Numbered from the whole stretch's first letter, positions 39,995 to 50,818 are shown. The stretch: DNA of 63,395 bases, filler included, from an uncultured Myxococcia bacterium (GCA_964617105.1; 15 parts of 15 records of this genome joined end to end with filler, not necessarily neighbours in it), one strand, 5' to 3'. Notes: generated from the sequence alone by a model not told the origin. Numbers and translations: made by a program.

Positions 39995-41878
39995 CTAAGA
40001 GCGCTGGCAAAAATCATAAATATCTTCTGCCAGGGAATCGCTATCAAGCCTATATATTTTTCTCAAAGTATTACTATCACCAGGCTCAACAAACTTATCC
40101 GGTATACCGATATTCATTATGGAATAATCTTTAATTCCCTTTTTGGTCAATTGTTCCAGGATACTGGACCCAAAGCCACCGGCTAAAACATTTTCCTCAA
40201 GGGTCACGATTTTATTACCAGAAAAATTATTCAGAACCGCATCTAAATCCAGGGGCTTTACGAAACGGGCATTTACCACTTGAGCCTTGATATTTTTTTT
40301 CATTAACAAATCCCCTGCCTTTATAGCAGGCACAACCATGTTGCCAATGGCCAATAAAAGAATTTCTGAATTATGGCCTTCTTTATCAATGTCGATTATT
40401 TGAGGTTTTCCAAAGGGGATCTCCTCAAACTGTGAGTCCAAAGATACCCCTGGTCCACTTCCCCGTGGAAACCTGATGGCAATAATCCTATTATAACGGG
40501 TGGCTGAATAGAGCATGTGCTGGAGTTCGTTTTCATCGGCTGGAGACATTAGACTTAGATTTGGACAATGACGAAGATAACTTAAATCAAATATCCCTTG
40601 ATGGGTGGGACCATCTTCTCCTACTATCCCTCCTCTGTCCAGGACAAAAATAAGGGGGAAATTCTGTAAACAGGCATCGTGCAGTATCTGATCATATCCT
40701 CTCTGCAAGAAAGTTGAATAGATGGCTATTACCGGGAGTATACCTTGTGATGCCAACCCGCTGGCAAAAGTAACCGCATGTCCCTCAGCAATGCCAACAT
40801 CGTAAAATCGATTGGGAAATTCCTTTCGAAAGGCTTCCAAACCAGTGCCGTCAGACATGGCGGCAGTTATGGCAACTATCCGTCTGTCAACCCTGGCCAA
40901 TTTTATCAGCGACTGGGAAAAAACTTCGGTGTATGAGGGCGGTTTCTTTTTCCCCTTATCCTTTCTAGTAGAAGTGGCGGCTACCCCATGATAGGCACTG
41001 GGGTTTTTTTCAGCCGGTAAAAATCCTTTACCTTTTTTGGTTCGCAGATGAATCAAAACCGGACTTTTATAACCCATGTTGGTTACATGGCTAAATACTT
41101 CCAATAACTCTTCGGTATTATGTCCATCCAATGGGCCAATATAATTGAAGCCCAACCCTTCAAATAAAATACCCGGCGTAAAGAGTACGATAGAGGTCTT
41201 CAACATCTTTTTTATTACTCGATCCAGAGAGGGACCATAATTGGGAAAAAACTTTAATATTTTTTTGACTTTTTTTCGTCCCCATCCATAGGCTCGGCCG
41301 GATAATTGCTGGCTGAACCAGGCGCTTAATCCACCCACACTGGGAGATATAGACATGGCATTATCGTTGAGTATCACTATTAGCCGGTTTTTCAACTGTC
41401 CAGTATGGTTTAACCCCTCAAATGCCAAGCCGCCGGTAAGACTGCCATCGCCGACTACCGCTATTACATGATTCTTCCTATTTTGCATCTCAAAGGCTTC
41501 TATAACCCCCAAGGCTGCAGATATGGCAGTTGATGCATGTCCTGCACTAAGAGTATCGTGATCGCTTTCCTGTCGAAAAGGGAAGCCATGAATCCCCTGG
41601 TATTTTCGTAACAAGTTAAACCTTTTCCGTCTGCCGGTTAATAACTTGTGGGCATAAGACTGGTGTCCCACGTCCCATATAACTACATCCTTGGGTGAGT
41701 TAAAATGATAGTGAAGGGCAATAGCCAATTCCACTGCCCCTAAAGATGATGCTAAGTGTCCTCCGTTAACCGAAACGGTTTTTATAATCTCTTCCCGGAT
41801 CTCCTCTGCTAATACGGGGAGATCTTCGATTCTCAACATTTTCAATTCTTTGGGACCATCAATTTTGTCCAACAGCAT
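39995..41878 (-). CDS. dxs: 1-deoxy-D-xylulose-5-phosphate synthase
   Basis: GGHLASSLG, WDVGHQ, GDGSLTGG..FEGLN, DVGIAEGHA, GEDGPTHQG. Confidence 0.98.
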   Translation of the reverse strand: MLLDKIDGPKELKMLRIEDLPVLAEEIREEIIKTVSVNGGHLASSLGAVELAIALHYHFNSPKDVVIWDVGHQSYAHKLLTGRRKRFNLLRKYQGIHGFPFRQESDHDTLSAGHASTAISAALGVIEAFEMQNRKNHVIAVVGDGSLTGGLAFEGLNHTGQLKNRLIVILNDNAMSISPSVGGLSAWFSQQLSGRAYGWGRKKVKKILKFFPNYGPSLDRVIKKMLKTSIVLFTPGILFEGLGFNYIGPLDGHNTEELLEVFSHVTNMGYKSPVLIHLRTKKGKGFLPAEKNPSAYHGVAATSTRKDKGKKKPPSYTEVFSQSLIKLARVDRRIVAITAAMSDGTGLEAFRKEFPNRFYDVGIAEGHAVTFASGLASQGILPVIAIYSTFLQRGYDQILHDACLQNFPLIFVLDRGGIVGEDGPTHQGIFDLSYLRHCPNLSLMSPADENELQHMLYSATRYNRIIAIRFPRGSGPGVSLDSQFEEIPFGKPQIIDIDKEGHNSEILLLAIGNMVVPAIKAGDLLMKKNIKAQVVNARFVKPLDLDAVLNNFSGNKIVTLEENVLAGGFGSSILEQLTKKGIKDYSIMNIGIPDKFVEPGDSNTLRKIYRLDSDSLAEDIYDFCQRS

Positions 41879-41898
41879 TATTATTATTACCTTTGTAA

Positions 41899-42531
41899 TT
41901 ATCCTTTTCTATGGCAGACAAAATTGAGCAGTTCTTCCAAATTTTCGGTATTTGCATCAATTTGTCTCAAACATTTCAAACTCTGTTCATACAACTCTTC
42001 AATTCTATCTTTGGTCTGGTTTAAACCAAAAGAAAGTGCGTAATTAAGAGAGTTGTTTTTTCGATTAGGAACCGTCATATCCAATAAGTCGTCAGTAATT
42101 TGGTAAATAAGGCCTAGTTTATCGCAAAATTGTGAAAGATGCACCTGATATTTTTCGTCAATCCCAGCGGCCAAAGCACCACACAGTGCAGAAGTTTTTA
42201 ACAACAAACCGGTTTTTAGATTATAGGTCAATTCAAACTCTTTGGTGGTAATTTCCAGTTGCTCATGAAAGATATCTCTCATTTGACCACAGATTGTTCC
42301 TGAAAAGCCGCAAGCCTCTGAAAATTGGGCCAGGATAGCAGGATTAGTGAGAGGACTATGAAATAAAATCCGGAAAGATTCGGCTAAAAATCCATCACCA
42401 GTCAGGATAGCCAAAGCCTCAGAGTATTTACGGTGCAAAGTTAATTTTCCCCGGCGATATAAATCATCGTCCATTGACGGCAAGTCATCATGAATTAGTG
42501 TATAGGTGTGGACCATCTCCATGGCAGCAGC
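41899..42531 (-). CDS. ispA: Farnesyl/geranyl diphosphate synthase, 5'-partial
   Basis: LIHDDLPSMDDD..RRG, LKTG, YQITDDLLD; upstream of dxs. Confidence 0.92.
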   Translation of the reverse strand, partial: AAAMEMVHTYTLIHDDLPSMDDDLYRRGKLTLHRKYSEALAILTGDGFLAESFRILFHSPLTNPAILAQFSEACGFSGTICGQMRDIFHEQLEITTKEFELTYNLKTGLLLKTSALCGALAAGIDEKYQVHLSQFCDKLGLIYQITDDLLDMTVPNRKNNSLNYALSFGLNQTKDRIEELYEQSLKCLRQIDANTENLEELLNFVCHRKG

Positions 42532-42631
42532 NNNNNNNNNNNNNNNNNNNNNNNNNNNNNNNNNNNNNNNNNNNNTTAATTAATTAANNNNNNNNNNNNN
42601 NNNNNNNNNNNNNNNNNNNNNNNNNNNNNNN

Positions 42632-42795
42632 CCGTTTAATTTTAGCGGCCCATCCTGGTCAAAATCCCAGTTAGACAGGTCTAAAATTCCATCTTTGGCA
42701 TTCGGCGGGATTTTGCCTGATAACTTTTGGCTGCAAGCGGTCAGGATGAAAGTCAGGAAAAGTAAGGAAATCAGGTGATATCTGGAAAATAACAT
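42632..42795 (-). CDS. N-terminus of a lipoprotein-signal sensor protein (7TM-DISM-type extracellular start), 3'-partial
   Basis: LTAC lipobox; AKDGILDLSNWDFDQDGPLKLNG. Confidence 0.6.
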
Positions 42796-42872
42796 TTAAG
42801 CCTCTGTTCCGTAAAATATTTTAAGTGGCAGCAATTTTAGTTCTTTTCCGGCAAAATATTGTCATTAAACAA

Positions 42873-45800
42873 CTAAAATCTTCCCAATTTGTACAAATTG
42901 GACTTACCTTGTACCCCTTTGAGAGTAAACTCGCCAGCCTCTTCGAACATCTCTTCCGGCAAATAATCGCTCACCTCGCCGGAGATGAATACCTCTCCCG
43001 GACTGCAGACACCCTCGATGCGGGAGGCCAGGTTTACCGCCGGGCCGATGGCGGTGTAATCGGTGCGCTGGCTGGAACCAAAATTTCCGGCCACCACCGG
43101 GCCGTGGTGGATGCCGATGCGCATCTTGATCTCAGATATTTTGTTCTCTTGCCATTTTTGGTTCAACTTTACCATGGCCTTCTGCATACTGTGGGCGCAA
43201 AGACAGGCTTTCTCTACCTGCTTTGCGGATTTCATCTCCAGGGGGGCGCCGAAAATAACCATTATGGCATCGCCGATAAACTTATCGATAGTGCCGCCGG
43301 CTTCAAAAATTACCCTGATCATCTCTGCCAGATAGTCGTTGAGAATGCCCGCCATCCGGGTGGCCCGCAACTTGGAGGTGGTACTGGTAAAATCAACCAG
43401 GTCGCTAAACAGAATGGTGGCGGTCAAGGCCTGGGGTTTACCATCCAGGTTCTTTTGGCTCTCGATCATCTGGTCAACCAAATCCGGAGGCATATAACGC
43501 TTGAGCACGTTCTCGATTAAACTCTTTTCCCTGGATTTCAGTTGGAGCATATTTTTAATTCGGGCAAAAAGTTCGTTGGAGTTAAACGGCTTGGATAAGT
43601 AGTCATCGGCCCCGGCTTCCAGCCCTTCCAGCCGCAAATCCTCCGATGCTTTGGCAGTCAAGAGGATCATGGGTATATGCCGGGTCTGCTCATTAGCCTT
43701 TAGGGCCTTGAGCAACTGGTTGCCATCCATTTTGGGCATCATTACATCAGAAAGAATAATGTCTGGTTTAATCTCCAGTGCTTTTTTTAAACCCTCTTCC
43801 CCATTTACCGCCTCCTGCACAAGGTAATGTCCGCCTAAAATCCCCCGAATATACTGGCGCATATCATAGTTGTCCTCCACTACCAGCACCCGGGCTGCGT
43901 CTGCTGGCAGTTGGGCGGAAGAAACCTCTGTTTCCAGGGGGGGCAGATTGGTCTCCAGCCCCATTTTTTCCAAATGGCTGCTATAGAAACTTCGCCGGTC
44001 CTCAAGCCGCCGGGGAGTTCCCCACTTGTCCTCCTGGAGGCGTTCTTCAACTGCCGCCAGGCTCGGGTCATCATTTAGGCGCCGGTCAGGCAACTCTCCG
44101 GTAAAATAGGGATCTTTTGAGCCCATAGCAACTTCTGTTATCTCATCGGGATTAAAGTGATCTTTGCCCATAGCAAGGGATATTACAAAACTGGTCCCTT
44201 TTCCCGGTTCACTTTCCACCCGAACTTTACCGCTATGCATCTCAACATACTCTTTTACCAGCGAGAGGCCGATGCCGGTTCCCTCGAATTCCCGGGTGGA
44301 TGAGCCGTCCACCTGGCGGAAACGGTCAAAAATATAGGGCAGGTCTTTAGATGGTATCCCCTGGCCAGTATCTTTTACCACGATTTGAATATCCCGTTTA
44401 ATTTTTGTATTTAGCCGGTGTTGGGAAAGAGCCTCTTTTATCAGAGGCAGGTGGTTGTCACTATTCCACTGGCGGGGTAAGATCTGTATATTATTTTCAG
44501 TTTCAGTAAAAGGCTCTAACAGACGGAGCATCTCCTCGCTTTTCTCGGCTAAAGTGAATAATAAGCAATAGGATTGAGAAAGCCTTTTCTCAAATAATGT
44601 CTCAATTTCACTGCTTGGCTGTATAGTCTCAGTGTCGATGAGCACCACTTTATAAGAGTTGCTTGACCAGGTATCTTCCAACTCATTTTGATTCTCAACT
44701 TCGGCTACATTTCCCAGCAAGATTATATCATTAGTTATTATCTCCCTGAAAGAGGGATCATTCGAGATCAAAAGTATATCATTCTGAAGGCTTTCTTCAG
44801 GTTTGTGACCATCCAATATGGACAACTGCAGGCTGATTTTGCCCCCCTGGGGGGTGAACTTGAAAGCATTGGACAAAAGATTGTAAATCACCTTTTCCAT
44901 CTTCTCAGGGTCCAGAAAAGCATTTATTTTTTTTGGGTCATTTAAAAAATCGAACTGGATTTGCGTTTGCCCGGCCAAGGAAAGGAAAGAATCGAAAATA
45001 TACTGCAGCATCTCCACTAAATCCACCGGTCGAACCGAGAGCCCCATTTTTCCTTCTGAAAGTTTGGCCAAATCCAGAAGTTGATTAACCAGCCGCAGAA
45101 GGCGGCGGGCATTTCTAAGGGCTAATTTACCCTGCCCGGATAAATGGTTGAGGTTATCCTCTGGTTTTGGGTTGGAAATTGTTTCCAACGGCCCTAAAAT
45201 CAGGGTCAGAGGAGTACGCAATTCATGGGTAATGTTCTGGAAAAAGTCTGATTTTACTTTATCCATCTCCTGCAGTTTCAAATGGGCCTCTTCAACTTCC
45301 TGCTTGGCCATCCGGGTAATATTCTCGGCAATTTCCGCCTCTTTTTTGGCCTGAATAGCCTGCTCCGTGATCATGGCCTTGCGGGTCAAATGCAACCTGG
45401 TCAGGATGCTGTTTACCCTGAGCAGCAGATCATCTGGGATAATCGGTTTGGCAATATAATCATCGGCTCCCATTTTCAGCCCTAATATCCGGTCTTCCTG
45501 GGAGGCCCGGGCAGTGATAATGATAATGGGCAGATCCTGTAACTTCTCATCTGACCTCACCTGTTTGAGAACATCTTCCCCGGATATATCCGGCATCATC
45601 AAATCCAGCAGCACCAGATCCGGCCGATTATCCCAGATTTTTTCCAAAGCATCGCGGCCGCCATAGGACTCTTCCACCTGAAATTCCTGGGAACGCAAAA
45701 GTCCGGCCAATACCTCAACATTGACCTGATTGTCATCCACCACCAGAATCTTAAATTGGCTGGGATTAAGTTTCAAACCCACCTCGGATAGAATATCACT

Positions 45801-46710
45801 GGGCAACGATTTTTTTATTCTCTCATCTTCTGCGGGGGGGCCGGTCTCATCGTTGGCAGCAGCAGCCACTTGGGATAAAACCAGCCTCTCCTCCTGGTCT
45901 TCCAGGGTTTGATCAGATTGGGCACAGGCCATATCTTCCGGTTGGCTGGGGATAGATATTTTAAAAGTAGTACCCTGGTTTTTTTTTGATTCTACTTCAA
46001 TTTTGCCTTGCATCAGGGTAACCAGTTTCTTCACCAGCGACAGCCCCAGCCCGGTACCTTCGTAGGCCCGGTTGGCATCACTTTCAACCTGTTTGAACTC
46101 TTCGAATATATGGTTTATCTGTTGCCTGGGGATACCAATGCCTGTGTCGGAAACTACTATTTGCAGTAAATTACCGGCTTGCTCATTATTAACACTATCC
46201 TTTGGAGATCGGTCTGGAATCAATTCTATTATCAGTTTTATCTGGTTTTTTTGTCCGATCCGGCTGAATTTAAAGGCATTGCCTAACAGGTTGCGCAAAA
46301 CAGTGATGATTTTTTCCGGGTCGCCAAAAAATGGAAACTTATCACTGTCAGGCTTTTTAATCTCCACCGTAAAACCAGAACCCGGAAATTTCATTTTTAA
46401 CCCTTCGCTCAATAATTGGCACTGGTTTTTAATCTCTTCCAGGTTTAGCCGGTTGACAATAAGTTTCAACTGCCCTTTGCGCGATTTGGCTAAATCTAAG
46501 ATGGTGTTTACCTGCATCTTCAAGGAGTCAGCCAGCCGGTGGATTTTACCAACCTGCTCTTTGATTTTATTCGGTGCCTGGCCGAAGGCCCCCCGAAAGA
46601 TCAAATCGGCAAAACCCAATATCCCGTTAAGCGGTGTGCGCAACTCGTGGGAAGTGTTGTGAAAAAACAGGGTGCGGGCGCGCTCTTTTTCCACTATTTC
46701 GTTGTACGCT
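42873..46710 (-). CDS. Multi-domain HK-REC-HK-REC-adenylate cyclase, 5'-partial
   Basis: SHELRTPL and THELRTPL kinases; LLDLMMP and LSDVMMP receivers; cyclase FSDLVDFT, DKFIGDA, DYTAIGPAVNLASRIE (Lys/Asp = ATP-specific). Confidence 0.93.
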
Positions 46711-46861
46711 NNNNNNNNNNNNNNNNNNNNNNNNNNNNNNNNNNNNNNNNNNNNTTAATTAATTAANNNNNNNNNNNNNNNNNNNNNNNNNNNNNNNNNN
46801 NNNNNNNNNNAACGACATCTGCGACCTTTTTTTTGCGTTTTGGCAGAAAATTTCACTTCCT

Positions 46862-46890
46862 TTGACAATAACCCAGCCCGGTGATACAAT
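46862..46890 (+). promoter_or_regulatory. Sigma70 promoter of AbrB-doc module 2
   Basis: TTGACA-17 bp-TACAAT. Confidence 0.78.
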
Positions 46891-46925
46891 GTTAATATAA
46901 TGGATATACGCAAAGAGGAGGCAAG

Positions 46926-47153
46926 ATGATTAAGCAACTCACCAAACACGGCAACAGTTATGCCCTGATAATTGAAAGGCCGATAATGGATCTTCTCAAA
47001 ATCGGCCCGGGTACCCCAATTGAAATTTCCACTGATGGTGAATTGTTGATTCTTGCTCCTGTTCGTGATCAGGAACACAAGGCATCTTTTAATCTGGCTC
47101 TTGATAAAACAAACCGTCGTTATGGAAAAATGCTCAAACGACTCGCCAAGTAG
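46926..47153 (+). CDS. AbrB/MazE-fold antitoxin of Doc, paralog 2
   Basis: Near-identical to 30139-30366. Confidence 0.9.
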   Translation: MIKQLTKHGNSYALIIERPIMDLLKIGPGTPIEISTDGELLILAPVRDQEHKASFNLALDKTNRRYGKMLKRLAK

Positions 47154-47159
47154 AAATTT

Positions 47160-47561
47160 ATGATGGACCCAATTTTTCTGAGCCTTAATGAAATTATCGT
47201 CATCCACACTAACCAACTGGAAAATTACGGCGGCACCGCTGGAATTAGAGATATGGGGCTTTTGAACTCTGCTATCGCAATGCCTCTCTCTGGAATAGGA
47301 GATACATTTTTCCACAAAGACTTGTTTGAGATGGCGGCTGCCTATCTTTTTTATATCGTTAAAAATCATCCCTTTGTTGATGGTAATAAAAGGGTTGGTG
47401 CTGTTGCTGCCATTGTTTTTCTCGAGATGAACAATGTCTCTATTGATGCTGACGAAGATGAGTTTTATCATCTGGTGAATAATCTGGCCGCAGGTAGCCA
47501 AAAAATGGATAAGCAAGTAATCGCTGAATTTTTCCGCCACAATTCTCTTATCAGAGATTGA
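47160..47561 (+). CDS. doc: Doc toxin, paralog 2
   Basis: HPFVDGNKR; near-identical to 30376-30774. Confidence 0.95.
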   Translation: MMDPIFLSLNEIIVIHTNQLENYGGTAGIRDMGLLNSAIAMPLSGIGDTFFHKDLFEMAAAYLFYIVKNHPFVDGNKRVGAVAAIVFLEMNNVSIDADEDEFYHLVNNLAAGSQKMDKQVIAEFFRHNSLIRD

Positions 47562-47581
47562 GTGTGGCATCAGTTTTTTAT

Positions 47582-48094
47582 TCATCCTATACACTTGTCA
47601 TCCCCCGCCTTCTCCAATTGCCTGCTATAATATTCCTCCAACAGATCCGCTGCCCACTCGGCCGGAGTGCTCACCTTAATCTCAACTCCATCTCGGATGT
47701 CCCGGGTGGCTTTCAGGCTCTTTAGATTCTTTTGCAGCAGATTATCGTGAGCCGCTGCCAACTCCAGGTTCCTCCTTTTGGTTGCCATCACCCATTGGGT
47801 AAAATAGTAGGCAGCCATCTGGGCCTGCATCCGATCGGTGGATTCGTTCAGATCAAAATCCTCATCAATTGCCTCCATGGTCATCTTCATAAGTTCCTTT
47901 TCTTCATCACTCGGCAAATCCATCATGGGTGACAACTTCTCCCACCAGCGGATTTTTCCATATTTTTCAGGTTCCCTACTTCTATTGTGCTGCCAGCAAA
48001 AATTAGTTCCGCCGGTGGCTGGATTGGGACAGGGGTTTCCATCAAATGTGGTTGCCTCACATATTTTAGCGAATTTGTTAAACTGTTTTGTCAT
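47582..48094 (-). CDS. CCCH zinc-knuckle hypothetical protein, paralog of 30804-31313
   Basis: CEATTFDGNPCPNPA..TNFCWQH; shared DFDLNESTDRMQA, NLELAAAHD, VSTPAEWA. Confidence 0.75.
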   Translation of the reverse strand: MTKQFNKFAKICEATTFDGNPCPNPATGGTNFCWQHNRSREPEKYGKIRWWEKLSPMMDLPSDEEKELMKMTMEAIDEDFDLNESTDRMQAQMAAYYFTQWVMATKRRNLELAAAHDNLLQKNLKSLKATRDIRDGVEIKVSTPAEWAADLLEEYYSRQLEKAGDDKCIG

Positions 48095-48158
48095 TGTGTT
48101 TTCCTCTGCATGTTAAGATTGATCTCCCGGGGCGGGAGAGGCTCGCCATCACAGATAA

Positions 48159-48188
48159 CTTGATATTTATCAAGCAGCCGGTTATAAT
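48159..48188 (+). promoter_or_regulatory. Promoter and palindromic operator of the RelBE-like module
   Basis: TTGATA-17 bp-TATAAT; CTTGATA-TT-TATCAAG palindrome over the -35. Confidence 0.72.
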
Positions 48189-48225
48189 TAAGACAATAGA
48201 GACAGCGATATTTTTGGGGGATAAG

Positions 48226-48462
48226 ATGCAAAATATACAATCTGCAACAGTTGAACAAAAAACTCCCAAGCGGGTGTCCAGTGTCATGGATATTGTATTG
48301 ATGCTCAATGATGATGAGTTGTGGGAATTTGTTTGCCAAATGCTGCCCGATGGAACTGATATCGAAATGCTGGAAGATGTATATGATGTTCTTCTTTGTA
48401 AAAAACGTGAAAATGAAGAGGCGGTTCCACTCAAACAAGTAGTAGTTAGAATGCCGAAATAA
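48226..48462 (+). CDS. Putative antitoxin of RelE (78 aa, acidic)
   Basis: EMLEDVYD...EEAVPLKQV tail; TAATG coupling to relE. Confidence 0.72.
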   Translation: MQNIQSATVEQKTPKRVSSVMDIVLMLNDDELWEFVCQMLPDGTDIEMLEDVYDVLLCKKRENEEAVPLKQVVVRMPK

Positions 48463-48725
48463 TGGATTACACTGTTCTGATAAGAAAATCGGCCCAAAAA
48501 GACATTGCCCTCCTGCTCAAAAATATTCAACACAGAGTTGTTGACAAAATTTCCAGTCTTGCCAGCGATCCCAGGCCATCTGGCTGCAAAAAACTCAAAG
48601 CTTTTAGCAAAGAATGCTGGCGCATTCGGGTAGGAGATTGGCGCATTCTTTATACAATTGACGATAATGGCAAGATTGTAATTGTCGCTGCCGTTAAATC
48701 CCGCCAGAGTGCTTATCGCAAATAA
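48462..48725 (+). CDS. relE: RelE/ParE-family toxin
   Basis: YTVLIRKSAQKDI, LASDPRPSGCKKL, WRIRVGDWRILYTID, RQSAYR. Confidence 0.92.
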   Translation: MDYTVLIRKSAQKDIALLLKNIQHRVVDKISSLASDPRPSGCKKLKAFSKECWRIRVGDWRILYTIDDNGKIVIVAAVKSRQSAYRK

Positions 48726-48769
48726 GAAATACAGTAAACGGTAGATCATTTTATTGTTCTCACTCACCA

Positions 48770-48982
48770 TTATTTTCCTGTTCCAGGCTCCTTCCCAGAC
48801 TCCCCGCCAAACCGCTCCCGGTATTGCCGTAAAACCTCTGCCACTCTCCTGGAAGAAAGGTGTTCACGATCCGCTATCTTAGCGATGCTCAAACCCCGGT
48901 TGTAATGCAGATCACCAAGAGATTTGATATTCTTTTCCCGTTTTTCTGCAGCCTTGGCATAGTTATTTCGGCTTGTGCCCAT
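48770..48982 (-). CDS. Small HTH protein, shortened paralog of 31384-31633
   Basis: GGAGG RBS; EKREKNI..LGDLH..RGLSIAKIA....SSRRVAEVL. Confidence 0.7.
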   Translation of the reverse strand: MGTSRNNYAKAAEKREKNIKSLGDLHYNRGLSIAKIADREHLSSRRVAEVLRQYRERFGGESGKEPGTGK

Positions 48983-49164
48983 GGTTTACCTCCCATTGGT
49001 AGTGAAAATGTACTTTTATCAACACAATTATACAAAAGAGAGTTGTTAATCTCATTATCAAATCAAATCTTCAAAAATCAAACAAACATTGTGAAGCATT
49101 TTCTTTTAATGATGACAACAAGTTAAAAGCCAAAAGTACTTTTGAGGAAAATAATTATTTCACT

Positions 49165-49395
49165 TTGACCAGTCACGTCACCTGTTCCAAAAAGGAATCG
49201 ATGACATTTGCCATTGATTATGAGCGGGCAATTGATTCTCTTCCTGTTAAATTTCAAGAGATTTTAGCGGAAATGATAAACGGAAAAAAAGTAAATGAAA
49301 TAACCCAGAAATTCAAAATGTCTCGAAGTACTGTTAACCGATGTATCAAGAAAATACGTATGACGTTAAAAAAGCGTGATATTTTCAAGAGTTGA
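49165..49395 (+). CDS. Sigma70 region-4-like HTH protein or remnant
   Basis: AIDSLP....IL.....GK...EI.....MSRSTVNRCIKKIR. Confidence 0.6.
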   Translation: MTSHVTCSKKESMTFAIDYERAIDSLPVKFQEILAEMINGKKVNEITQKFKMSRSTVNRCIKKIRMTLKKRDIFKS

Positions 49396-49601
49396 AAAAT
49401 ATTTGAGCCTTTCCATTGATTGACCGTGTAACAATTTCATCAGTAACAGCAACAGGGAGAACTTAATATGGATACAAAGATGGAAGGGAATTATTCTCAG
49501 GTGCTGGTTGAAATTGCTCAAATTCTAGCCATTGGCTACATCCGTCTCAAACATCGTTGTTTGTCAAACAAAAATTCTCTTTCTCTAAAAAAATCTCTTG
49601 A

Positions 49602-49847
49602 AACGGAACATCAACAAACAAGAAAAAAGAGAGAAGAATTGAAAAACTGGTTGCCGGCACCAGGTTAATTCGAGAGTGGAAAGGTCAGGGACATGAGGTG
49701 ATGGTGTCAGAGAGTGGCTTTGAATACCAGGGCAATCCATATCGTTCGCTCTCGGCCATTGCCAGAGAAATAACCGGAACAAATTGGAACGGGCCGGCCT
49801 TTTTTGGACTGCGTAGTAAAAAACAAAAAATGCTCAAAGGGAATTAA
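49602..49847 (+). pseudogene. DUF2924-family gene remnant lacking its 5' end
   Basis: Frame without start reads GTRLIREWKG..HEVMV...GFEYQGNPYRSLSAIAREITGTNWNGPAFFGLR; usual position upstream of a serine recombinase. Confidence 0.8.
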
Positions 49848-49856
49848 CGAAAACTC

Positions 49857-50255
49857 ATGGCAAATAAAAAATACTCAAATAGTAAGGGCTCTCAGAAGAC
49901 TAAACAGCCAATTTTGTGTGCTATCTATACCCGGAAAAGTACTGATGACAATCTGGACAGTGATTTTAATACGCTGGATGCCCAGCGTGAAGCGGCGGAA
50001 CTGTATATAAAGAGCCAGAAATTTGAAGGCTATGAAGTTCTGCCAAAGCATTACGATGATGGCGGTTTCAGTGGTGCTAACATGGAAAGACCAGCTTTAA
50101 AGCAACTCTGGGCAGATATCGAGACGGGTAAAATTGGTGCTGTAGTAGTGTATAAAATAGACCGAATATCCAGGTCTTTGTTGGATTTTACCAAATTGAT
50201 CGAGTGTTTTGAATCCCACGGGGTAGCCGAAAGTGTCATGGAGTATGTCGGTTAG
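49857..50255 (+). pseudogene. Large serine recombinase truncated after the catalytic domain
   Basis: [33 protein letters not shown]; ends at 132 aa. Confidence 0.85.
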
Positions 50256-50266
50256 GTCTGCTTTGG

Positions 50267-50818
50267 TCACGGGTTCTCCTTTTTTCTGAAACCTTTAATT
50301 TCCTTTGTTTCGGCAAACTCAACCGGCATTAATCTATTGACTTCCTGGATCAATGTATTGAGTTGAAATCCCTGGAAATCGACTTTATTCTCCAGTTCCT
50401 CGAATTTTTGTCTTAGTTCGTTGAAGGACAAAAACATCCTTCTGATTTTTACAAATGCCCGCATGATTGCTATATTGGCTTGAATAGCACGATCACTATG
50501 TAAGATTCCTGATAACATGGCTATGCCTTGTTCAGTAAAAGCAAATGGCATTTTTCTAATACCGCCCCATCTTGATGTCACAAATTGTGATTTCAAAATA
50601 TCAAACTCTTCTCGAGTAAGTTGGAACATAAAGTCAGAGGGAAAACGCTTGAGGTTCCGTTTGACAGCCTGGTTCAATGCTCGTGTTTCTACTCCATATA
50701 ATGCTGCTAAATCCCTATCCAGCATCACTTTCTGAACCCGTATCTGGTAAATCTTGTGCTCTATTTTCTCCTGGGGAATGATAGCAATTGATTTATCTTT
50801 ATTTGTTTTTTCTGACAT
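50267..50818 (-). CDS. ORF6N-domain DNA-binding protein
   Basis: KVMLDRDLAALYGVETRALNQAVKRN..RFP.DFMFQL, PFAFTEQGIAMLS. Confidence 0.92.
   Translation of the reverse strand: MSEKTNKDKSIAIIPQEKIEHKIYQIRVQKVMLDRDLAALYGVETRALNQAVKRNLKRFPSDFMFQLTREEFDILKSQFVTSRWGGIRKMPFAFTEQGIAMLSGILHSDRAIQANIAIMRAFVKIRRMFLSFNELRQKFEELENKVDFQGFQLNTLIQEVNRLMPVEFAETKEIKGFRKKENP

Noticed and set aside
42825-43520. 231-aa plus-strand ORF
   Set aside because: Antisense shadow of the cyclase domain
48078-48770. 230-aa minus-strand ORF
   Set aside because: Antisense to the antitoxin-relE cassette, which has clear motifs and a promoter
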